DNA from: a virus
DNA: 64,000 nucleotides
Direction: 5' to 3' (one strand)
IMG/VR virus record: IMGVR_UViG_3300032607_000125
Span: 66,183-130,182 of that record
Shown: positions 9,337-18,809 of the stretch, in pieces
How the letters are laid out: every line of letters starts with the position of its first letter
How positions within the stretch are numbered: position 1 is the first letter of the stretch
The notes under the pieces: model-generated
The model's database searches: none
Seen by the model: only the letters and a program-made list of their open reading frames with translations
Told to the model about the DNA's origin: nothing
Position numbers and translations under genes: made by a program

Positions 9337-9908
9337 AAAATCTATCAGATTATATCAAAGTTTATGATGATGTATTTACAAAAGATTTTTGTTCATCGCT
9401 GATTACTAAATTTGAAACGTTGGATAGTACTACTAGTCCTTCACTGAGATTGTCAGATCATTCTTGGGATAAAGATTATAGACGTTTCATGGAAGTCAAC
9501 ATAAAACAAGATCCAGCATTTACAGATTTAATAGATCCATATTATGCTCGCATTCAGGAAGTTTACGCGCATTATAAACAGATGGTAGGCGGCGAATTCT
9601 TTCCATCTAAATTCTCACTTGAAGAAGCAAGAATGAAGAGGTATTTAAACGACGACTACGAGCAGTTTGGTTGGCATGTCGACATCGGAGATAAGGCTTC
9701 GGCTAGTAGATATTTAGTTATGTTTACTTATCTGAATGACGTAGAGGATGGTGGGGAGACTGAGTTTAAGTCTAATTCAAATTTTACTGTTAAACCTAAA
9801 TGTGGTAGAATTGTAGTATTCCCTCCTTATTTTATGTTTGAACATCGAGGCAGAAAACCAATCAGCAATAACAAATATATCTTGTCTACATACTTACACT
9901 ACGCATAA
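9333..9908 (+). CDS. 2OG-Fe(II) oxygenase (P4H-like)
   Basis: WHVD...YLND...GGET...FEHRG...KY facial-triad pattern. Confidence 0.9.
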   Translation: MKNLSDYIKVYDDVFTKDFCSSLITKFETLDSTTSPSLRLSDHSWDKDYRRFMEVNIKQDPAFTDLIDPYYARIQEVYAHYKQMVGGEFFPSKFSLEEARMKRYLNDDYEQFGWHVDIGDKASASRYLVMFTYLNDVEDGGETEFKSNSNFTVKPKCGRIVVFPPYFMFEHRGRKPISNNKYILSTYLHYA

Positions 9909-9919
9909 GGAAACATCTA

Positions 9920-11005
9920 ATGAGCTTACTAGATAAAATTAAAAAAAATACAACGATCAAAGATTCTGCAATTCTCTCGCAGAGTAAATTCTTCACCAAG
10001 AAGGATATGATTCAAACGGCAATTCCAGCAATGAACGTTGCATTGTCGGGAGAACTTGATGGCGGCTTCGTTCCAGGACTTACACTTTGGTGCGGTCCAT
10101 CAAAACACTTTAAGTCCATGTTCTCTTTGATCATGGCAAAGTCCTATATGGACAAATACCCAGATGCAGTCATGGTATTCTATGACTGCGAATTCGGTAC
10201 ACCAACTGCTTACTTCACAGCACTTCAAATCGATACTAGTCGTATTCTTCACGTTCCAATTATGAACATGGAAGAATTTAAATTTGACGTAATCAAACAA
10301 CTTGAAAATCTTGATCGTGGTGATCGCGTTATCTTTGTTGTAGACTCACTTGGCAATATGTCATCTAAGAAAGAAATGGATGATGCTCTAGAAGGTAAGT
10401 CAGTTGCCGATATGTCTCGTGCTAAACAGATGAAGTCTATCTTCCGTATGATTACACCTTACTTGAATCGTCTTGATATTCCAATGGTAGCCGTTAATCA
10501 CATCTATATGGAACAAGGATTGTATCCTAAGGCTATCGTATCAGGTGGAACTGGTGTTTATCTTTCAGCTGATAATATCTACATCCTTGGTCGTCAACAA
10601 GAGAAAGATGGAACTGATATCATTGGTTACAACTTCATTATCAACGTTGAAAAATCACGATATGTTCGTGAGAAATCTAAGATTCCAGTTTGTGTTAAGT
10701 TTGAAGGCGGTCTAAGCAAATGGTCTGGACTTCTAGACATGGCACTTGAATCTAAGCATGTTATTAAACCAAGCAATGGCTGGTACGCCAAAGTAGATCC
10801 ATCAACTGGAGAGATGGAAGAAAAGAAATGGCGTATTAAGGATACTGAATCGAAAGAATTTTGGAGTTCTATTCTCCTGGATGCTTCATTTAGAAATTGG
10901 GTTAAAGAACGCTATCAGGTATCACATGGTGATATCATTAATGATCACGAAATCTTAAAGGAAATGGAAACATATGCAGAAGACGACACCTCTGAGACCT
11001 CATAG
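9920..11005 (+). CDS. uvsX: RecA-like recombinase UvsX
   Basis: GPSKHFKS, YDCEFG, VVDSLGN, SGGTG, VEKSRYV. Confidence 0.96.
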   Translation: MSLLDKIKKNTTIKDSAILSQSKFFTKKDMIQTAIPAMNVALSGELDGGFVPGLTLWCGPSKHFKSMFSLIMAKSYMDKYPDAVMVFYDCEFGTPTAYFTALQIDTSRILHVPIMNMEEFKFDVIKQLENLDRGDRVIFVVDSLGNMSSKKEMDDALEGKSVADMSRAKQMKSIFRMITPYLNRLDIPMVAVNHIYMEQGLYPKAIVSGGTGVYLSADNIYILGRQQEKDGTDIIGYNFIINVEKSRYVREKSKIPVCVKFEGGLSKWSGLLDMALESKHVIKPSNGWYAKVDPSTGEMEEKKWRIKDTESKEFWSSILLDASFRNWVKERYQVSHGDIINDHEILKEMETYAEDDTSETS

Positions 11006-11357
11006 GGTTTTAGGTAAGACTTCTCCCACTGGTGAACTTCATGCCTTGTCGTTCACTAGTGGAGAATTTGCTGATATTATATTCTCATACACTGATGTCA
11101 AGTTTATTGAACACGATGATGCTTTAACTATTGCATTTGAGTATCATTTGCATGACGTACCTCATCACTTAAAAGACTTCAATACAGAAGTTTTTGAAAA
11201 AGAACTTGGTGATTTTATAACAGCGTTACTCTACTATGGTATTGAACGCGACAAAATGGGATTTATTGATGGCGAACAGAATAGAGAAGACGATTCTTTC
11301 GAATCTGATGCACAACGAAGCGTACTGCCGGAAGGTAGTGCCATTCCTAAAGACTGA
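10974..11357 (+). CDS. gp40-like protein
   Basis: Size and position between uvsX and gp41 match T4 gene 40; sequence similarity not confirmed. Confidence 0.5.
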   Translation: MQKTTPLRPHRVLGKTSPTGELHALSFTSGEFADIIFSYTDVKFIEHDDALTIAFEYHLHDVPHHLKDFNTEVFEKELGDFITALLYYGIERDKMGFIDGEQNREDDSFESDAQRSVLPEGSAIPKD

Positions 11358-11904
11358 GTATTTCTCAGATCAATTTGAGAAAGTTGTTGCTCAAGAGTTA
11401 GTAGCGTTCTTCACTGAATATAATAAGCCAGCATCACTTGAAATCCTTGCGATTCAACTCGGCAATCGCAAGGATCTTCGTGGTGAACAACTTGCTCAGG
11501 TTGAAAGCTACATCAATGAACTGACATTCAAAACTGATAACGATGAATGGTTGTATAAACACACTGAGGCTTTTTGTAAGAAGCAAGCGGTGTATAATGC
11601 AATCATTGATTCGTTTGAAATCATTGAAGGCAAAGACAAAGTTCGCAGTGAAGATGCTATTCCTTCCATGCTATCAGAAGCTCTTGCGGTTTCATTTGAT
11701 GCATCGGTTGGCCATGATTATCTTGAAGACTTTGAAGAACGATACGACTTCTATAATCGTACTGAAGAGAAACTAGAATTTGATCTAGATCTATTCAATA
11801 AAATTACAAAGGGTGGTCTATCGAAGAAGACTCTGAATGTTATTCTCGCAGGCTGCGTTCATCCAGATACTTTAGTTAGAGTGCGATTTAAGAAGAAAGC
11901 GTAA
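11269..11904 (+). CDS. gp41: Replicative helicase N-terminal fragment fused to a 16-aa split-intein N part (CVHPDTLVRVRFKKKA, 11854-11901)
   Basis: gp41 N-terminal motifs up to KKTLNVILAG, then Cys1 and a stop; true start ATG 11269 rather than 11236. Confidence 0.92.
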   Translation: MANRIEKTILSNLMHNEAYCRKVVPFLKTEYFSDQFEKVVAQELVAFFTEYNKPASLEILAIQLGNRKDLRGEQLAQVESYINELTFKTDNDEWLYKHTEAFCKKQAVYNAIIDSFEIIEGKDKVRSEDAIPSMLSEALAVSFDASVGHDYLEDFEERYDFYNRTEEKLEFDLDLFNKITKGGLSKKTLNVILAGCVHPDTLVRVRFKKKA

Positions 11905-12511
11905 ATCCTAATCTATATCCATTAGACAAGAATTCGTTTAATCTTTCTTGACGAATTCTTGTTCTGTGTTTTCCATTTGTTACACAAATCATACCTATTA
12001 ATGATTTTCCTCCAAGAGAAGCGTATTCAGATCTTTTTTCTTTATTGAAAATTGCAATTCCAGCTTTCATTTGTGATTGTGCGCCAATTTTACCACCTAA
12101 TGATGCATGTTCTTTAAATTTGTCTGGATTGTGAATACCAATCATATTCTTGATTTGCGTGGCTGCACCCATACGCCGCCATTCATTTCGTTCTTCTAAA
12201 GACTTTGAGAAAAATCCAATGTCATTATCTCTGCAATATTCACCAGTTATTTTGCGCTGATGCGATGTTAAATTTGCACCGAGCATATACATAGCCCTTA
12301 AATCATTTGGAGATTTATAAATTTTCCATAGTAAATAATGCGCAATAATGTGTTCTCTTATTGTCAAATATGTAAAATTAGAAATGTCATCAGTTCCACC
12401 AGCATGTTTAGGAATAATATGGTGCCTATGTAAATTAGAACTAGGTTTCCATTCATTTATGATTGTACTTTTACTCATACATAGATTATAATAAACTTTA
12501 TCGTAGAACAT
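11888..12511 (-). mobile_element. MobE-like HNH homing endonuclease, antisense, inside fractured gp41
   Basis: HHIIPKHAGG.D..NF..LT.REH..AH motif; AGGAGA RBS; TATAAATA on the minus strand at 12548-12555. Confidence 0.9.
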
Positions 12512-12547
12512 TGGTTTCTCCTAAATTATCGCCTGTACCGGCTAACT

Positions 12548-12555
12548 TATTTATA
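12548..12555 (-). promoter_or_regulatory. Late promoter driving the antisense HNH gene
   Basis: tatttata on + reads TATAAATA on minus, about 37 nt upstream of the HNH ATG. Confidence 0.7.
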
Positions 12556-12571
12556 CTCTAAATTGAAAAAT

Positions 12572-13750
12572 ATGACTTGGATCACAAAAGAAATAAAAAT
12601 AAATGACATTGAGTCTATGCTAGAAGACTATGATGTTGAAGTAGATTCTCCAGATGGGTTTGTCCCAGTATCTCTATTTGTTGATAAGGGAGAATGGGAC
12701 GAGTTTAAGTTGACAATGCTGGATGGTCGCACTATTCACGTCAACGAAAATCATCTATTTGAAACCGACTCAGGTTGGCAGTATGCTAAAGATTTAGTTG
12801 ATACTGGTGTTAATACATATATTAGCGATACTGGCACTTCACTTGGTATTTTGACAAAAACTGGAAATCGTATTCCCATTGTTGATATTCAGGTAGAACA
12901 CGAGAATCATAGGTATTATACTAATGGAGTATCATCGCATAATACTGGCGTGGGCAAGAGTTTGTTCATGTGTCACGTCGCCGCTGGCGCTTTAATGCAA
13001 GGTAAGAACGTACTGTATATTACAATGGAAATGGCAGAAGAACGTATCGCTGAACGTATCGATGCTAACTTGCTTAACATGACAATGGAAGAACTTAGTA
13101 AAGTTACTAAGGACATCTACGAGACTCGTCTTGGCAAGTTGATCAAGAAAACTGCTGGTAAGTTAATCGTTAAGGAATACCCCACAGCAGCAGCTCACTC
13201 TGGACACTTTAAAGCATTGCTTGAAGAGTTGAAGATGAAACGTAACTTCATGCCAGACTTAATCGTTATTGATTATCTAAACATCTGTTCTTCTGCTCGT
13301 ATGAAAGCCGGTGCTGGAGTTAATTCATACACCTTCATTAAGTCTATTGCAGAAGAACTTCGTGGTCTAGCCGTTGAGTATAATGTACCAATCCTTAGTG
13401 CAACTCAAACTACTCGTAGTGGATTTGGTAATACCGATGTTGGACTAGAAGATACTTCTGAATCATTTGGTCTTCCAGCAACTACTGACTTTATGTTTGC
13501 GTTAATCTCCACTGAAGAACTTGAGAATCTTAATCAGATCATGGTTAAACAACTTAAGAATCGTTATAATGATGTGAACTATTATAAACGATTCGTTATT
13601 GGTGTTGATAGATCTAGAATGAAATTATATGATGTTGAAGAATCAGCGCAGAAGAATATATCTGATGCTGGTCAAGATGATGGCCCTGCCTTTGATAAGA
13701 CTTCATTTGGTAAAAGGATGAAAAGTGCCGGTGACGGGTTTACATTTTAA
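12572..13750 (+). CDS. gp41: Split-intein C part (to His-Asn at 12938-12943) fused to the helicase C-terminal fragment
   Basis: Hint motifs EVDSPDGF, VNENHLF, DIQVEHENHRYYTNGVSSHN followed by Thr+1 and TGVGKS (Walker A), then TMEM, VIDYL, SATQT. Confidence 0.93.
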   Translation: MTWITKEIKINDIESMLEDYDVEVDSPDGFVPVSLFVDKGEWDEFKLTMLDGRTIHVNENHLFETDSGWQYAKDLVDTGVNTYISDTGTSLGILTKTGNRIPIVDIQVEHENHRYYTNGVSSHNTGVGKSLFMCHVAAGALMQGKNVLYITMEMAEERIAERIDANLLNMTMEELSKVTKDIYETRLGKLIKKTAGKLIVKEYPTAAAHSGHFKALLEELKMKRNFMPDLIVIDYLNICSSARMKAGAGVNSYTFIKSIAEELRGLAVEYNVPILSATQTTRSGFGNTDVGLEDTSESFGLPATTDFMFALISTEELENLNQIMVKQLKNRYNDVNYYKRFVIGVDRSRMKLYDVEESAQKNISDAGQDDGPAFDKTSFGKRMKSAGDGFTF

Positions 13751-13783
13751 TCGTAATGTGTTATAATTGTTATAGGAGAATAT

Positions 13784-14185
13784 ATGTCAACTAATTGGGT
13801 AAAAGACATGCAGGATATGCATGCAAAATTTGGTGTTAACACCGTGATTCGTGGATTGGATAAAGCAAAGCTTGCTGCATTCATTCAATTTCGCATTAAG
13901 TTCTTGCAAGAAGAACTAGATGAAATGATCGTATCAGACAATGGTGATGATACAGTTGATGCATTGATTGATCTTTGTGTGGTTGCTATTGGAACACTTG
14001 ATGCGCTAGATGTTAACGCATATACTGCTTGGGATCGAGTGCTAACAGCAAATATGACAAAAGAAATCGGTATTAAAGCGAGTAGACCTAATCCACTGGG
14101 ATTACCAGACTTGATTAAACCAGAAGGTTGGATTGCTCCAAGTCACGCTGATAATGTTGGATTGCTAAGTAAGGTACAAAAGTAA
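13784..14185 (+). CDS. MazG-like all-alpha NTP pyrophosphatase
   Basis: FLQEELDE...DALIDL..VAIG, WDRV..ANM.K motifs. Confidence 0.8.
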   Translation: MSTNWVKDMQDMHAKFGVNTVIRGLDKAKLAAFIQFRIKFLQEELDEMIVSDNGDDTVDALIDLCVVAIGTLDALDVNAYTAWDRVLTANMTKEIGIKASRPNPLGLPDLIKPEGWIAPSHADNVGLLSKVQK

Positions 14186-15151
14186 ATGTTTTCTCTCACC
14201 GTGTTTAAATCAATCTTTGATAACAAGACGGATACTCGTATTGACTTTGAAACCTTTGAAAAGTTTGAGAAGTCTTTATATTATCTTTCTACTATTAAAG
14301 GTTATAAAGCTAAGCGCGGTGAGTTTGTAAAGCATGCATCTCCTCTTATTTCACCAGCTGTCTATAAGCCTGATACTACTAGAGCAAATGCAAACGTAAT
14401 TGAATGGGCAGGCTGGGCCGCCCTTGATGTTGATAGTCACACCTTTGAAGGAGACCTTGAAAATGCATTGGCTAATTTATATCCTGACATTTATTTCGTT
14501 TGTTATTCTACTGCTAGCAGTACTCGCTTGGCACCTAAGTTCCGTCTCGTTTTTCCACTTGCGAGATCTATTAGGAGTGAGGAAATCAAACACTTCTGGT
14601 TTGCACTCAATACAGAATTTGGCATGGTGGGAGATACACAGACTAAAGATCTATCTAGAATGTATTACGTCCCTGCGATATATCCTAATGCTCATAATTT
14701 TATCTTCAGTCATCGCACTGATAAGTTTCTTGATGTTGATGCTCTTTTAAGCAAACACCCGTTTACTGCTCCAAGTACATCTAGTTCTTTTATGGATAGA
14801 CTACCCGAGAGTATGCAAAAAGAAATAATTAAGCATCGTCAACAAAAACTATCAGAAGATAAAAAAGAATTTGAATGGACATCTTACAACGATTGCCCAT
14901 TTTTAAGTAAGCATCTAATTAGTGATTATAAAAGTATTTCTAGAGTAGATGGCTCAGGTCGATATTCTATGATCTATAAGATAATGACTAGCATTGCATG
15001 TAATGCTATTAAACGTAAATACCCCATCACTGAATATGAAATTGTTGATATCGTTCGTAATCTGGATCGTGACACTAGCAATCGCTATGCTAAGCGCCCT
15101 CTTAATGTTGAAGCTTCCAGGGCTATCGAATTTGCATATAGAAACGTTTAG
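14186..15151 (+). CDS. AEP/PrimPol-like protein
   Basis: ALDVD, YSTASS, PKFRLVFPL, DLSRMYY.P pattern. Confidence 0.6.
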   Translation: MFSLTVFKSIFDNKTDTRIDFETFEKFEKSLYYLSTIKGYKAKRGEFVKHASPLISPAVYKPDTTRANANVIEWAGWAALDVDSHTFEGDLENALANLYPDIYFVCYSTASSTRLAPKFRLVFPLARSIRSEEIKHFWFALNTEFGMVGDTQTKDLSRMYYVPAIYPNAHNFIFSHRTDKFLDVDALLSKHPFTAPSTSSSFMDRLPESMQKEIIKHRQQKLSEDKKEFEWTSYNDCPFLSKHLISDYKSISRVDGSGRYSMIYKIMTSIACNAIKRKYPITEYEIVDIVRNLDRDTSNRYAKRPLNVEASRAIEFAYRNV

Positions 15152-15209
15152 TTGTTTACTTTAATTCGTTCTTATGGTATAATAAAATTATACTTAATAG
15201 GAGTACTAT

Positions 15210-15428
15210 ATGAATGATCGCGATTATAACAATCTGCAATTCTTGCTCACATCGAGTGAAGATGTCATCGCAGATTGGTTTTTAAAAACCAGTGTAGATG
15301 ATATTGAATATGCTATGCAAATTATGCTTATGGCAGGTGAAGAGATGAGAGCTATCTCTTCTGAAATTCACGACGAAAATGAAACTTTTGAAGAAGCTAA
15401 CGCAGTATTATCAAGATTCCGTCTATGA
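15210..15428 (+). CDS. Hypothetical protein
   Basis: 72 aa, downstream of an early promoter, AGGAG RBS. Confidence 0.7.
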   Translation: MNDRDYNNLQFLLTSSEDVIADWFLKTSVDDIEYAMQIMLMAGEEMRAISSEIHDENETFEEANAVLSRFRL

Positions 15429-15859
15429 CTAATCAAGAAACGCTTGGCACTATAGGTGAGATCTATTATCAAGCTATCTTTGGCGGTCTTCTTTCCGAAT
15501 ACAAGTATGATGGCAATAAAGACCTCGTGCAAGTAGATGGGCTTCAAGTCGAAATAAAAACACAGAGCCGCTTACGTGGTTCTAATGCGTTCACTGTTAA
15601 TAAAGCAAATGCGAACAACTTAAAGAAATGTTTGTATGTTGATAGATTAATTTTTATAGAATATAGCCTTAGTGATATAATAATTATATACGAATGCACT
15701 GATCGTAGAAGTGTATTTGGCACCCTTACAGCTGATGGCCGAAACATGGCATGCTGGCCTATCAATCAAATGCAAGTTCTTAAAAAAGTAAAACACCCAA
15801 AACTCGCAGAAATCATGCGCAACTTCTCTAACTCTGAAACTCTAGGACATTTTGAATGA
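15425..15859 (+). CDS. Putative PD-(D/E)XK nuclease
   Basis: GTIGE...KD...VEIKT motif. Confidence 0.5.
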   Translation: MTNQETLGTIGEIYYQAIFGGLLSEYKYDGNKDLVQVDGLQVEIKTQSRLRGSNAFTVNKANANNLKKCLYVDRLIFIEYSLSDIIIIYECTDRRSVFGTLTADGRNMACWPINQMQVLKKVKHPKLAEIMRNFSNSETLGHFE

Positions 15860-16329
15860 AAGAAAATCAATACTCACGCGAATCAGCAAACATTCTCCTT
15901 GAAGCTGCAAAACTTCAAGAATCGAAAGGCCGTGATTATAACAACGCAGTATCCAGCGTCCAGCAAGCAGATTACTATCCACGTGGCGTGTATTCTATTC
16001 TAGACATTGTGAATGCAAAATATCTTCGTATGGTTTCAGTTCTCGAGACTATGGAACACGGTGGTAAAGTTAATTTTGAATCCGTTGAAGATTCCGCGAT
16101 TGATCTTATTAACTATGCATCATTTGTAGTTGCATATATTCGTGGTGAAGTTCCAGGCCAATTGACTAACAAAGATATCTTCAATAAAACCATGAGTAAA
16201 GAAACTCATCCAACTAATTCACTGACTCCAAACAAGTTTAAAGCAACGCGCTTAGAATCAACTCCTATTGACGTTGATTGGGCTAATGCAAAAACTGGAA
16301 CAGTTCGTGCTCAATTTAACGATCGTTGA
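15856..16329 (+). CDS. Nucleotide-modification-associated domain protein (Nmad1/DUF1599-like)
   Basis: Q..KG.DY...K..R...ES..DS..DLINYA helical motif. Confidence 0.7.
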   Translation: MKENQYSRESANILLEAAKLQESKGRDYNNAVSSVQQADYYPRGVYSILDIVNAKYLRMVSVLETMEHGGKVNFESVEDSAIDLINYASFVVAYIRGEVPGQLTNKDIFNKTMSKETHPTNSLTPNKFKATRLESTPIDVDWANAKTGTVRAQFNDR

Positions 16330-16330
16330 T

Positions 16331-17050
16331 ATGAATACTGTACATGATATTCGACAAAAGCTTGCCACGCTTTACAAAAAAGGCGAGTTTGTAACTGATA
16401 AGTCTGGTGTAAAAACTGTTGAGATTATGAATGCAAACTTCATGGCCACATCACCTCTTATCTTTGGCGCTGTCAATGAAGACTATGTTCAGCGTGAACT
16501 AGCATGGTATAACTCTGAATCATTGAATGTTAATGATATTCCCGGTGGACCTCCAGCAATCTGGAAACAGGTCGGCGATAAAGACGGGTTTATTAATAGT
16601 AACTATGGTTGGTGCGTCTATTCCGCTGATAACAACTATCAGTTTGATCACGTTGTAACTGAACTTGAAGAACGCCCTGATTCCCGTCGTGCCATTATGA
16701 TCTACACTCGTCCTACGATGTGGGGTGATCATAATAAGAATGGTCGTTCAGACTTCATGTGTACCAACACAGTTCAATACATGGTGCGTGATAATAACGT
16801 ACATGCTATTGTTAACATGCGTTCCAATGATGCATGGGCTGGATATCGCAATGACTACGCATGGCAAATGCATACATTGATTGCTGTAGCAAAATCGCTT
16901 AACTCTCGTGGTAAAGATTATTTGCTTGGTGATATTTACTGGAGCGCTGGGTCACTTCACATTTATGAACGTCAGTTCTATTTGATTGACAACTATATCA
17001 AAACTGGTGACTTATCTATCTCTAAAGAAGAATATGACAAATTGGTCTAA
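16331..17050 (+). CDS. gp42: dCMP hydroxymethylase
   Basis: DFMCTNTVQY, NMRSND..G.RNDYAWQ, GSLH.Y closely match T4 gp42, with the cytosine-specific Asp in RND. Confidence 0.93.
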   Translation: MNTVHDIRQKLATLYKKGEFVTDKSGVKTVEIMNANFMATSPLIFGAVNEDYVQRELAWYNSESLNVNDIPGGPPAIWKQVGDKDGFINSNYGWCVYSADNNYQFDHVVTELEERPDSRRAIMIYTRPTMWGDHNKNGRSDFMCTNTVQYMVRDNNVHAIVNMRSNDAWAGYRNDYAWQMHTLIAVAKSLNSRGKDYLLGDIYWSAGSLHIYERQFYLIDNYIKTGDLSISKEEYDKLV

Positions 17051-17477
17051 ACGATATCTCAGCTTAGCAAAAGAAGTTTCTACTTGGAGTAAAGATCCTA
17101 GTAGAAAAATTGGTGCTATCGCTGTAGGATCTAAAGGTCAGATTTTATCTCAAGGCTATAATGGATTCCCTCGTGGAATTGATGATACTCTTGAAAGATA
17201 TAATGACCGTGAAACAAAGTATAAATACGTCGTCCACGCAGAAATGAATGTAATTTATAATGCAACGTTTAATGGGGTATCCTTAGACGGAGCTTCATTG
17301 TACGTGTATGGGCTTCCAGTTTGCTCCGAGTGTGCTAAAGGTATTATCCAAGTTGGTATAAAGAACGTCATCATCTTCACTGATGACGTGGTTCCAGAAA
17401 TTTGGACTAAAATGTATAATTTGTCGTGGAGTATGTTTATAGAAAGTGGCGTTCAATGTGAATGGATTCATGACTAA
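17034..17477 (+). CDS. cd: dCMP deaminase
   Basis: GYNG, HAEMN, P.CSEC zinc motifs. Confidence 0.92.
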   Translation: MTNWSKRYLSLAKEVSTWSKDPSRKIGAIAVGSKGQILSQGYNGFPRGIDDTLERYNDRETKYKYVVHAEMNVIYNATFNGVSLDGASLYVYGLPVCSECAKGIIQVGIKNVIIFTDDVVPEIWTKMYNLSWSMFIESGVQCEWIHD

Positions 17478-17607
17478 CGAAGAAGTTTTAAAATTTTATG
17501 ATGAATTGGTTGAACACTATGGCGATGAACTAGTTGACTTTGAACACTGCCCAATTACATTCGCTCATCAAATTAAATTATACAAATATTATAAGGTGAC
17601 TACATGA
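17470..17607 (+). CDS. Small hypothetical protein (45 aa), not in the ORF track
   Basis: MTNEEVLKFYDELVEHYGDELVDFEHCPITFAHQIKLYKYYKVTT; ATGA overlap with agt. Confidence 0.7.
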   Translation: MTNEEVLKFYDELVEHYGDELVDFEHCPITFAHQIKLYKYYKVTT

Positions 17608-18809
17608 AAATAGCAATCATCATGGGCCGTGGCATTGAAGGCTGTGGCGTAACTAAATTTACCGTTGAGCAAACTAAATGGTTTGCAAAGAATGGTCATG
17701 AATTTACTGTGTTCTCTTCTAAAGATAAGTCATGGACTCGTAAGAACGCGCATGATGTGTCAAACGTTGTTCAACTTAAATTTGCAAAACCAGAAGAAAC
17801 TGATAAACTCATTGCGGGTTGTAATGCCGCCGATGTTGTTATTATCAATAGTCTACCATCGATAGGTCATTCTGAAGACTGTATCACTCAATTTAAACGA
17901 GCATTAAATGAAATCACTAAACCAATTGTTCTTATTCAACATGACCATTCTGCGCTATCAATTCGTCGTAATGCTGCAATCAATGAGTCTATTGGAAAAG
18001 CTAGTGTGCTCTTTGGCCATAGTTCTACTAATGATTTCGCTCGTATCGTTGAGTCTTCAACTGGTGGCGGTGGTTTAGCAGGGTTTTTCGGTGAAGATAA
18101 TTCTAAGAGTATTCTAAACTTTCAACCAGGCATGGACTTTGATTCTGTTCGTGCTAAGTATTGGTTGCCCATCGAACAGACTAATCCTATAATGAATAAA
18201 TGGGTTGGACGTACTACTTCTTGGAAAGGTTACGTTCAGATGTTTAAATTCCACAATGAATTTTTACGTCCAGGTGGATATATCACAACCTTTGAAGGTA
18301 TTGAAAAGTCACCAGCATACTTAGCATTCCGTGAGTTGTCTGAATTTAATCCTCATATCAATGATAAAATTACAGATATTGCATTAAAGACTAATGAACC
18401 TGCATATGTATTTGGACCATACATTAATCATGAAATGCTTCAACGTATGGCACTATGCGGATTTGGTTATCAACTATCTGCATTGGATGGACGATACATT
18501 GAACGATCAATTGAGTATACTCATTGTGAGGTTGCGTGTACTGGCGTAGTTCCTGTATTTCGTAAGGCTTATGGCGAACGTTGTACTCATCGATCACTTG
18601 GCGATAAACTAATTAATTGCAAAGACACCGGTACAATTTGGCTTGATGATAATAACATGCAGCCTGCGTATGAACTACTAAATAAGTTGGCCAAGGATGA
18701 TATCATGAGAAACGAATATCGTGAAATGGCATTTGAATTTTATAAACAACATCAAGATTCTCAACATACCTTTGATGAGATGATGGTACAAATCGAAAAT
18801 AACTTATGA
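17604..18809 (+). CDS. agt: DNA alpha-glucosyltransferase
   Basis: GRGIEGCGVTKF, QHDHS..S.RRN, GRTTSWKG, EG.EKSPA, EYTH.E, HQDS colinear with T4 AGT. Confidence 0.93.
   Translation: MKIAIIMGRGIEGCGVTKFTVEQTKWFAKNGHEFTVFSSKDKSWTRKNAHDVSNVVQLKFAKPEETDKLIAGCNAADVVIINSLPSIGHSEDCITQFKRALNEITKPIVLIQHDHSALSIRRNAAINESIGKASVLFGHSSTNDFARIVESSTGGGGLAGFFGEDNSKSILNFQPGMDFDSVRAKYWLPIEQTNPIMNKWVGRTTSWKGYVQMFKFHNEFLRPGGYITTFEGIEKSPAYLAFRELSEFNPHINDKITDIALKTNEPAYVFGPYINHEMLQRMALCGFGYQLSALDGRYIERSIEYTHCEVACTGVVPVFRKAYGERCTHRSLGDKLINCKDTGTIWLDDNNMQPAYELLNKLAKDDIMRNEYREMAFEFYKQHQDSQHTFDEMMVQIENNL

Noticed and set aside
11888-12571. Self-splicing intron carrying the HNH in gp41
   Set aside because: The HNH is antisense and fills the gap; complete intein motifs explain the rejoining.
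16331-17050. Calling this thymidylate synthase ThyA
   Set aside because: It has the gp42 RND (Asp) signature and is colinear with T4 gp42; ThyX is present separately.
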